Origin: Macrostomum lignano
Taxonomy: Eukaryota
Assembly: GCA_002269645.1 (NCBI GenBank)
Contig: NIVC01002631.1
Coordinates: 90,412-154,411, forward strand
Length of the DNA: 64,000 bases
Reading direction: 5' to 3'
The notes below the pieces were generated by a model. The model ran no database searches and was not told where the DNA came from. It was given only the letters and a program-made list of their open reading frames with translations. Shown in pieces: positions 12,101-23,813 of the stretch; positions within the stretch are counted from its first letter, which is position 1, and each line of letters begins with the position of its first letter. Both the position numbers and the translations under genes were made by a program.

Positions 12101-15100
12101 ATCTTTCTTTGACCCACAATTGACCCACGTATCTTTCTATGACCCATGCTTGACCCATGTAACTTTCTATGACCCATGCTTGACCCATGTAGCTTTCTAT
12201 GAACCATGCTTGACCCATGTAGCTTTCTATGACCCATGCTTGACCCACGTATCTTTCTATGACCCATGATTGTTGACCCACGTATCTTTCTATGACCCAT
12301 GCTTGACCCACGTAGCCTTCTATGGTCTAAGTTTGACTCATTCAACCTTCCTTAACCTAGGCTTGACCCACGAAGCCTTCTATGACTCACAAATTTGACG
12401 CTGAATAGACTCAAGTTTAAAATGTTCCAATTGACTAACCCTCAGCCTCCCGCCCCATCAAATTTCGAATTCTTCGCCAGCTTTCGCGAGCAGACCCGGC
12501 CGCACTCGCGTAGCCTCGACGAATCCGGTGAGACCAGCAGCGGAGACGAGCAGCAGGTCGCCGCCAGTCAGCAGACGAAGCCTTCAGCGGATCAGTCGTC
12601 GGCCCAGCAGGCGGCCGAGGAGGCGGTCCGGACATCGCCGGCCAAGCACCAGTACAAGCTGCGGAGCAGCACGGCGCCTCTGCCCGGTGCCAGCGGCAGT
12701 CTGGCGGATCGGCTGCAGGCGCTGCAGAAAAGCGGCGAGCAAAACTGGAAGCAGCGCGTTTCGCCGAGGTGATTCACGTAGTTTTGAGGGCTGGCGTGTC
12801 TGACTCATTAGTTTATGACTGTCTGACTCATTAGTTTATGACTGTCTGACTCATTAGTTTATCACTGCCTGACTCATTAGTTTATCACTGCCTGACTCAT
12901 TACTTTATCACTGCCTGACTCATTAGTTTATCACTGCCTGACTCATTACTTTATCACTGTCTGACTCATTAGTTTATCACTGCCTGACTCATTAGTTTAT
13001 CACTGCCTGACTCATTAGTTTATGACTGTCTGACTCATTAGTTTATGACTGTCTGACTCATTAGTTTATCACTGCCTGACTCATTAGTTTATCACTGCCT
13101 GACTCATTAGTTTAACACTGTCTGACTCATTAGTTTATGACTGTCTGACTCATTAGTTTATGACTGTCTGACTCATTAGTTTATGACTGTCTGACTCATT
13201 AGTTTATGACTGTCTGACTCATTAGTTTATCACTGCCTGACTCATTAGTTTATCACTGTCTGACTCATTAGTTTATCACTGTCTGACTCATTAGTTTATG
13301 ACTGTCTGACTCATTAGTTTATCACTGCCTGACTCATTAGTTTATCACTGCCTGACTCATTAGTTTATCACTGCCTGACTCATTAGTTTATCACTGACTC
13401 ATAGAAATGTCTGACACTGTTATTGAATGTCTGACACACTTGGCTTATACAAAGTATCTGACACAATTTGTCAATCTACTGACACACTGCAGCGACCAGG
13501 CTCCCTACCCGGCACCTCGCCCCCCCCCCTCTCCCTGCCAGGTCCTCCCCAGACCGGCCGCGCAGCCAAATCGCCGACCTGCAGAGCCAGCTGATTCGCG
13601 AGGAGGCCGTTGGCTGGCGCAGCAAGCAGCCGGCCAGCTCAAGCGATGAGGCGCGCAGCTTCACAGTCCGCAGCCGGCTGGGCGACCTCGCCAACTCGGA
13701 GGCCGCTGAGCGGCTCAGCGGCCTGCTGTCGTCGCCAGCCAGAGGCCAGCTGCCGCGCCGAACCCTGACCTGCTCGCCGCCCCCCGGAGCCGCTGCGGCA
13801 GCCGCCGCGGCTGAATCGGACGGAGTGGCCGGCGGCCGGCCGGACAGTCTGAGCTTTGATTCGGACGAAACCGCCGGCTCTGGATTCGCTTTTGCTTCGA
13901 TTTATGTGAGCTGTCTGTGACCTTTTTTGACTCCAGCCCGACCCAGAGGCCTTTCTTGACCCTATCCTAACCAGATTCGACCCGTTCGACTTTCATTGAC
14001 CCAGATCCGACCCATTCGCCTTTCACTGACCCAGATCCGACCCACGCGATTTTCATTGACCCAAATCCGACCCATTCGCCTTTCACTGACCCAGATCCGA
14101 CCCACGCGATTTTCATTGACCCAAATCCGACCCATTCGGCTTTCACTGACCCAGATCTGACCCACGAGACTTTCATTGACCCAGATCCGACCCACGCGAT
14201 TTTAATTGACAAAGATCCGACCCATTCGACTTTCATTGACCCAGATTCGACCCACGCGATTTTCATTGACCCAGATCCGACCCATTCGACTTTCATTAAC
14301 CCAAGTACGGCCCATTCGACTTTCATTGACCCAGGTCCGATCCACACGACTTTCAATGACCCAGATCCGACCCACACGACTTTCAATTACCCAGATCCGA
14401 CCCACGCGACTTTCATTGACCCAGCTCCGACACACACGGCTTTCAATGACCCAGATCCGACCCACACGACTTTCATTGACCCAGATCCGACCCACGCGAC
14501 TTTCATTGACCCAGATCTGACTCATTTTGAGTTTCATGGACCCAGCTCTGACCATTCGGCTTTCACTGACCCAGCTCTGACCAACGCGACTTTCATTGAC
14601 CCAGATCCAACCCACGCGACTTTCATTGACCCAGATTCGACCCATTCTACTCTCATTGACCCAAATCTGACTCTGCTTATACCCCTTGACCTCAATCCTT
14701 ACCTGATATCTCTGGTAATTTATTCCTATAACTATTCCGTCGCCAGATGAGCGAGACTGCCGAGCAGTTTTTTCCCAGCATGGAGCCGGAGGACCTGACC
14801 CCAGCTGACGCAGTTAAGCCAAAGGACGAGGACGAGAATGAGAAAACTCAGCAATCAGCTGTTGCAATCGATGAGCCACCTCAGATTGACCCCGAAGGTG
14901 GCGCTGAGATAGCGTGAGTCAATCTAATTATTATAATCATCTTCACGCTCACTTTCACTCTCATTGTCGCCCTCACTGTCACTCTCATTGTCACCCTCAC
15001 TAGCACTCTCACTGTCACTCTCATTATCACCTTCACTGTCACTCTCATTTTCACTCTCACTGTCACTCTAATTTTCACTCTCATTGTCACCCTCACCGTC

Positions 15101-18100
15101 ACTCTCATTTTCACCCTCACTGTCCTCTAATTGTCACTCTCATTGTCACCCTCACTGTCACTCTTATTTTCACTCTCACTGTCACTCTAATTTTCACTCT
15201 CATTGTCACTCTCATTGTCACCTTCACTGTCACTCTTATTGTCACCCTCACTGTCACTTTCATTGGCACTCTCACTGTCACTCTCATTGTCACCCTCACT
15301 GTCACTTTCATTGTCACCCTCACTGCCACTCTCATTGTCACCCTCACTGTCACTTGTAATTGCCTCGCAATATTATTATCAATTTGTTCTAAATAGGCGA
15401 GTGAGTTATATTATAAATGTACATCTTGTGTCGCATGAGTCATGTACGCCGTATTATTGATTTGTACGCGTAGAACCTCAAATATATATATATATCACTA
15501 ACCTGGCCAGTTTGGGCCCCGCCTATGATTTTCTCGCTCAGCTTAACACGCGGCCTTCAGACTTTACAGTGGCGTCGCAAGCAAGCCCACTTTGTCCAGT
15601 CACTCATGGCTCAATTCATCTCACTGCCACCCCCTGAGCAATTCAGCACTAGTGCAGATCAACAGAATGCCGGTAAACGCTGGAACAAATGGTCCGATCA
15701 TTTTTGTGACTTTATCGAAGCGTCAGGCATCAAAGACGAAACTCAGAAGTGCAAGCTCCTGGCCTACACGGCCGGCAGAGAAATCGCGCAAATCATTAAA
15801 GACCTGCCAGATGACAAGAAAGACAGCCTCGAAACTCTGCTCGCAGCAATAAAAGAGCACTTAAAGGAGCGCAACAACATCGTATTTGCCCGCTATCAGT
15901 TTCGACTATGCGTTCAGCAAACCGGAGAGCCAGTGGACTCCTGGTACTCCCGACTCAACTCAGCGGCCGAGACATGCGAGTCAAGGACTCCCTAATCAGA
16001 GATCAGATAGTGGCGGCATGCTGCTCCGATAAACTTGGGCGAAGATTGCTGCAGGAGTCCAACATCTCTCTCGGCGATGCGTTGAGACAAGCGCGCGCGT
16101 TTGAAGCAGCAGAAGAGCAGGCTACGGCCATTGAGAACTCCAGTAGCATCGCAGCAGTGCACAGAGCGGCACCGAAGCAGTTCAGAGACAGCGGAACGCG
16201 CCAGAACAGTCAGCGGGTCCCTGGCGGCCAAGCAAACAGCGGCCCAACCAGCTGCTATCGATGCGGCGAACGCGGGCGCAGCTCATGCAATGCGGCAAAA
16301 GGCAAAACCTGCCTGGCATGCGGCAAGCCAAACCATCTCGCCAAAGCATGCAGACAACGCAGGCCTCAAACAAGCTCCAGCATCAACGCCGTAGCGGACA
16401 AAGAAGCTAAGGAGGTCTTCATCGATCACGATTCGCTAAATGAGGAGGCCTTCACTATCCAGTCGCAAAAAAACGGCACCCAGACGCAACTCCGCCAACA
16501 CTAATCTGAGGATCGAGGGCAAGGACTTCATCGTACTCGTGGATAGTGGAGCCAGCTGCAACGTCATGAGCGAGGAGAACTTCCGGCGGCTAAGAAATGT
16601 TCGACTGCGCAGCGCCATCCATCCAATTTTCAGCTACGGGTCCACAACGCCTCTCCAAGTCCTGGGTGTCGCTGACCTCAACGTGAGCACCACAGCTAGC
16701 AGACAACTAGCTTCATTCTACATCACCAAAGGCTGTGGAACCACACTACTCGGTCGAGAAACCGCTTTCAACATGGGAATTCTGCACATCCAACATCCAA
16801 CAGTTGAAGTCAACTCGGTGCAGCCCACGGAAAATCTAGCCGCATCAGGTATTCAAGAGCTGTTCTCCAAGTACAGAGATGTCGACCAAGATCTTCCAAC
16901 CGAACTCCGCATCAGCAGCATCCTTGGTGAGTTTAAGTCAATCTTCGAAGGCCTTGGCTGCGTTAAGGATGTCGAGGTCGACGTTCGTCTTCGACCAGAA
17001 GCTGTCCCAGTCTGTCACCCACCCTCCAGAGTTCCCGTACACCAGCGGTCGGCGGTCATCGCGGAACTTCAGGCTCTCCTCGACCAAGGAATCATCGAGC
17101 GCGTCAACGGCCCGTCACCGTGGGTCTCCCGCATGGTTGTCGTCCCGAAAGAAGGCGGTGGCATCCGCATCTGCCAAGACCTGCGCGACGTCAACTCATT
17201 TGCCGTGCCAGAAAAGCAGCCCATCCCAACCTTTGAGGAGATCACGGACGAAATGGCGGGTTCCACGGTATTCAGCGAGCTCGACATCACAAAGGCTTTC
17301 CACCAAATTCTTGTCAAACCGGAATCCCGTCACGTCTTCACCTTCAGCACCCCACTGGGTCTCATGCGACTGACCAGACTCAGCATGGGATTCACCAACG
17401 CCTCCGAGATACTGCAAAGGGTTATGACAGGCGTCCTGAGCGGCCTTGATGGTGTCCGATGGGCACACGATGACATCACCGTCTTTGCGAGCACGATGGA
17501 AGAGCACAACATCCGACTAAAACAGTGCTTCAAGCGCCTAAAAGACCATGGAATCACACTCAACCCGAACAAGTGTCGCCTGGCACAGCCTTTCATCGAT
17601 TTTCTTGGTATGCGCATCAGCGCACGAGGCGTTCAGCCTGCAGCCGAGAAGATCAAGGCCGTCAAAGACTTTAAGGAGCCAACAAATGTGTCAGAGCTGC
17701 GCTCATTCCTCGGTTTGGCCACCTACCTGTCCAGGTTCGTTCCGAACTTCTCAGATCTGACGCAGCCAATGCGAGAACTGCTAAAAAAGGTCATAAATGG
17801 TGCTGGTCAGAAAGGCAACAAGAAGCATTCCTGCAAACAAGAGCAGCGATCTGCAAGGAGAGCGTCCTGGCCTTCTTTGACGTGAATCTCCCAACAGAAG
17901 TTCATGTGGACGCCTCGCCAGTCGGCCTGGGTGCCATTCTCAGCCAGGTGGATGAGAAAGGCGTTCGCAAACCGGTCGCCTTCGCCAGCAGGTCGCTCAC
18001 GCCAGTTGAGCAGCGATACGCCCAAATTGAACGCGAGGCGCTTGCGGTGAAATTCGGGTGCCTACGTTTCGAGCACTACCTCAGCGGCTGCCCAGATCTC

Positions 18101-21100
18101 ACAGTCATCACGGATCACCGCCCATTAGTCCCGCTTTTTCAACCTGGTTCCAGGCCTCCACCAAGGATTGAACGGATGGCTTTAAGAGTGCAGCACCTCA
18201 AATTCAAGCTCATCTATCAGCCGGGGCCACAGAATCCAGCGGATGTCCTCAGTAGACAACCTGAAATGCAGACAAAGGACAACCCCGGGGAACTCCTGGA
18301 CAGACGCTTCATCAACGCAGTCGCCATCGGCTCTACTCCGAAAGGACTGAACTTTGCAACGATTCAGGAGGCTTCAAAGTCAGACGGCACGATCCAAGCA
18401 GCTCTATCAGCTCTACGAACTGGCCAATGGGACAAGCAGAACAGAGAACTTCGAGCCTTGTCCTGCCTGCAGAAGGAGCTTTCAGAACATGACGGCGTGC
18501 TACTACGGCGCTCGTTGATCGTGATCCCGAGCAGCTTACGTCGGACGGTGCTCCAGCTGGCACATGCAGGCCACCAATGCTGGCGAAAAACTATGGACAG
18601 ACTGCAAACCAAAGTATGGTGGCCAGCTATGAGAAGCGACTGCCAGACGTTCGTCCAGTCTTGCTTCCCCTGCCAAGCGACATCGCCGAAGAGCCTCGCA
18701 CCGCCACCACTCTCACCGTCGCAACTTCCGGACGGAGCATGGCTGGTTCTTGGAATGGACTTTTACGGCCCAGTCCAAGGGAAAATGCTCCTGGTGACAA
18801 CCGATCTCTTTTCAAAATTTCCCGAGGTCGACATAGTCAGCTCAACATCAGCAGAGGCAGTGCTTCCGCATCTCCGGACTCTGTTTAGCAGATACGGCAT
18901 CCCGTTGGAAATCGTCAGCGACAATGGACCTCCGTTTAACTCGGCAGAATTCACAAACTTCCTCTCAGAGTTCGGCATCAAGCATCGCCGGATCTGTCCG
19001 CTGCACCCCGAGGCGAACGGAGCGACCGAGCGAGTCAACAGGTGCATCAACAAGGTCATCAGAGCGGCCATCGCAGAAGGACGCAACTGGCGCACCGCAC
19101 TCGACGACTGGCTGCTCGCTCATCGCGTCACTCCGCACTCGGCAACCGGCGTGGCACCAGCCGAACTGCTCATGGGCCGAGCTCTCAACGACGGCCTCCC
19201 GTCAATCCAACCATCGCAACCTGTGCAGCACGACCGAGCCGAGCTCGCAAAGCGCCACGAGGCCTATAACAACCAGATGGCAGCAGGTTTCAACCGCTCC
19301 AGGAGGGCCAAGGCAGCCAATGTCAAGCCGGGTTCGGCGGTTCTCCGCAAGCGGACGAGACGCACGAAAATTCAAACGCCTTTCGAGCTCGAACCCTGGA
19401 CCGTCACTGACAAGCGAGGCGATTCCTACGTCCTGCGGCGAGGCGACCGGACATGCACTCGCCACCTGACGCACATCCGGCCTCTGACAGCGACCACCAC
19501 CAGAAGCGGACGCTGGCGCCGCCTCGCCGGAGCGCGGCATTGCTGAGAGGCCGCACCCGAGAGCGGCCAAGGACAAGCCTATCAGCTACAGAGTTTAACG
19601 GGTTTTGACGGGTAACTGGTGCTAAGGGCTGAGACAAATGTTTTTTTACCCTTAATGTTTTATTCCTTTTTCCTTATCCTTTTAATCCGCATTTTTGAGC
19701 TTTTTCGTTTTTGGGGAGAAGTGTAATTGCCTCGCAATATTATTATCAATTTGTTCTAAATAGGCGAGTGAGTTATATTATAAATGTACATCTTGTGTCG
19801 CATGAGTCATGTACGCCGTATTATTGATTTGTACGCGTAGAACCTCAAATATATATATATATCACTAACCTGGCCAGTTTGGGCCCCGCCTATGATTTTC
19901 TCGCTCAGCTTAACACGCGGCCTTCAGACTTTACATCACTCATTGCCACTCACTGTCACTCTAATTTTCACTCTCATTGGCACTCTCATTCTCACCCTCA
20001 CTGTCACTCTCATTGTCACCCTCACTGTCACCCTCACTGTTACTCTCGTTGTCACCCTCACTGTCACTCTCATTGTCACCCTCACTGTCACTCTCATTGT
20101 CACCCTCACTGTCACTCTCATTGTCACCCTTACCTTCACCCTCCTTAGCAGCGACCTCGTCCAGCTGCGTCGCCGACCGATGCCGCAGAACCGGCGACGC
20201 GCTCAGAAGAATCCGGTGCGGGCCCGAGCCCAGCTGGAGCAATCGGCCGCTTCTCCATCGGGCTCCCCAGCCTCCTCCGTGGCCCAGCGGGACTCCTCGG
20301 CTACCCCGCCGCCTGCGGCATCGGCGCCCAAGACTGAAGACAAGGCTCGGCCATCGTCGAAGGTTAACCAAGGTGTGCAGCTCACGTTATCATATGCCTA
20401 TTTGCTTATTCTTTCCATCTTCCCTCCTGCCTCCCTGCCCTCCAGTCCCCTACCCTCCTGTTTCCTACCCTCCTGTCTCCTACCCTCCTGTTTCCTACCC
20501 TCCTGTCCCCTACCCTCCTGTCTCCTACCCTCCTGTCTCCTACCCTCCTGTCTCCTACCCTCCTGTTTCCTACCCTCTTGTCTCTTACCCTCCTGTCTCC
20601 TACCCCTGTCCCCTACCCTCCTGTCTCCCTACCCTCCTGTCTCCTACCCTCTTGTCTCCTACCCTCCTGTCTCCTACCCTCCTGTCTCCTACCCTCCTGT
20701 CTCCTACCCTCCTGTCTCCTACCCTCCTGTCTCCTACCCTCCTGTCTCCCTACCCTCCTGTCTCCTACCCCCGTCCCCTACCCTCCTGTCTCCTACCCTC
20801 TTGTCTCCTACCCTCCTGTCTCCTACCCTCCTGTCTCCTACCCTCCTGTCTCCTACCCTCCTGTCTCCTACCCTCCTGTCTACCTACCCTCCTGTCTCCC
20901 TACCTTCCTGTCCCCTACCCTCCTGTCCCCTTACCCTCCTGTCTCCCTGCCTTCCTGCTTACCTACCCCCTGTCTACCTTCCCTCCTATCCACCTCGCTA
21001 CCCTCCATTCTACTCCATTCTACCCACTCTAATCCAGCCCCCGCCCACTCCGCAGGCCTAGCCAAGGAGGCCATCCAGGGTCTGCAGGCCAAGGTAGACC

Positions 21101-23281
21101 TGGACGCCGTCAGCCTGCAGCGCGCCGACCCCGCCGCCCCGGTGGGACCCTTCGGCGCTATCAGCCAGGCGCACAAGTCCCTGATGCTGGTACAGATCAA
21201 AGGTCGCCGACAGGCCCAGGCTCGCCTTGTCAGGCCGCGCCATCAGTCCCTGTGCAGCGGCGACTGCTACCTGCTGGTTAGTCGAGACGCTGTCTACCTG
21301 TGGCAGGGCGAGCTCACCAACGTGTTGGAGGCCAGCAAGGCGTCTGAGCTGGCCAAATGGGTCGCAGCCAAGCGCGCTCTGGGATACGCGGGCTCCTCTA
21401 GCGAGCCCCTGCAGCTGTCCAGCTCCGATGTCAGCTCGTCCAAGTCGGCCAGGTTCTGGCGTTTGTTGGGCTACGAATCGCCGCAGGAGGTCCGGCCTCC
21501 GCTTGCAGACGAGGAGGACTCGGTTTATGAGCAGCTGCTGGCCGACACTAACGCTTATTATAGGGTGGACACTGCCGCGTGTGAGCCACAATTGTCACTC
21601 TCGTATATGTCACATTGTCACTCTCGTATTTGCCACATTGTCACTCTCGTATATGTCACATTGTCACTCTCGTATATGTCACATTGTCACTCTCGTATAT
21701 GTCACATTGTCACTCTCGTATATGTCACATTGTCACTCTCGTATATGTCACATTGTCACTCTCGTATATGTCACATTGTCACTCTCGTATATGTCACATT
21801 GTCACTCTTGTATATGACACATTGTCACTCTTGTATATGACACATTGTCACTCTCGTATATGTCACATTGTCACTCTCGTATATGTCACATTGTCACTCT
21901 CGTATATGTCACATTGTCACTCTCGTATATGTCACATTGTCACTCTCGTATATGTCACATTGTCACTCTCGTATATGTCACATTGTCACTCTCGTATATG
22001 TCACATTGTCACTCTCGTATATGTCACATTGTCACTCTTGTATATGACACATTGTCACTCTTGTATATGACACATTGTCACTCTCGTATGGATCACATTA
22101 TCCCTCTCATATGGATCCCATTGTCACACTCAACAGACCTCCCATTGTCACACTCAACAGAGCTCCCATTGTCACACTCAACAGAGCTCCCATTGTCACA
22201 CTCAACAGAGCTCCCATTGTCACACTCAACAGAGCTCCCATTGTCACACTCAACAGAGCTCCCATTGTCACACTCAACAGAGCTCCCATTGTCACACTCA
22301 ACAGACCTCCCATTGTGACACACAACAGGCCTCCTATTGTCACACTCAACAGACCTCCCATTGTCACACTCAACAGAGCTCCCATTGTCACACTCAACAG
22401 AGCTCCCATTGTCACACTCAACAGAGCTCCCATTGTCACACTCAACAGACCTCCCATTGTCACACTCAACAGAGCTCCCATTGTCACACTCAACAGACCT
22501 CCCATTGTCACACTCAACAGGCCTCCCATTGTCACACTCAACAGGCCTCCCATTGTCACACTCAACAGAGCTCCCATTGTCACACTCAACAGACCTCCCA
22601 TTGTCACACTCAACAGGCCTCCCATTGTCACACTCAAACGAGCTCCCATTGTCACTCTGATCCAAACCGCAGGCTCCCTGGTTCCGATCGAAGAGTTCTG
22701 GGGCCGGCCAGCCACTCACCGACTGCTCGAGTTGCCAGACACGGACGCAGTGGTGTGCGACTTCGGCTCCGAGGTGTACTTGTGGTGCAGCCGTCGGGCG
22801 GATCGCTACACCCGCCGCCTGGGCGTGAAGCTGGCCGAGCTGCTGTTCAACTCGCCGTACGATTATTCCAGCTGCCTGGTGTCGCCGCTGGAGCCCTGGC
22901 TGGCCCTGACTGGGCGGGCGATCACCGATGGGGACGAGGAGGCATCCGTGCGAGGCGAGCGGCGGCCCGACTGGTGCCTGCTGGGAAAGGTCGGTCTGGC
23001 AGGCATTGGGGGAAATGTACTGTGCAAATACTGCGGGTAAACGGCGGGAGTAAGCTTTAACCTATAGATATTTGCCTCGTCGGCTTATTAGTTAGACTAA
23101 TAAGAAAAGTTTTTGGGAAATGGGCCTCTACCTATCTATCCATCCATCTATCTATCCATCCATCTATCTATCCATCTATCTATCCATCTATCTATCCATC
23201 TATCTATCTATCTATCTATCTATCCATCTATCTATCCATCTATCTATCTATCTATCTATCTATCCATCCATCTATCTATCC

Positions 23282-23316
<35 letters not shown>

Positions 23317-23333
23317 CATCCATCTATCTATCC

Positions 23334-23364
<31 letters not shown>

Positions 23365-23464
23365 CATCCATCTATCTATCCATCTATCTATCTATCTATC
23401 CATCTATCTATCTATCCATATATCTATCTATCCATCTATCTATCTATCCATCTATCTATCTATC

Positions 23465-23497
<33 letters not shown>

Positions 23498-23594
23498 CAT
23501 CTATCTATCCATCTATCTATCTATCTATCTATCTATCCATCTATCTATCTATCTATCTATCTATCCATCTATCTATCCATCCATCTATCTATCC

Positions 23595-23633
<39 letters not shown>

Positions 23634-23730
23634 CATCCATCTATCTATCCATCTATCTATCTATCTATCCATCTATCTATCTATCCATATATCTATCTAT
23701 CCATCTATCTATCTATCCATCTATCTATCC

Positions 23731-23813
<83 letters not shown>

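Larger units (their letters stand above)
15355..19935 (+). mobile_element. Very recent Ty3/Gypsy LTR retrotransposon (element B) inserted in the SVIL intron 7 array
   Basis: 214-bp TG...CA LTRs (15355-15568, 19722-19935), identical base for base by manual comparison. TSD TCACT (15350-15354, 19936-19940); PBS at 15570; PPT GGGGAGAAG at 19713-19721; gag-PR-RT-RH-INT. Confidence 0.97.
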
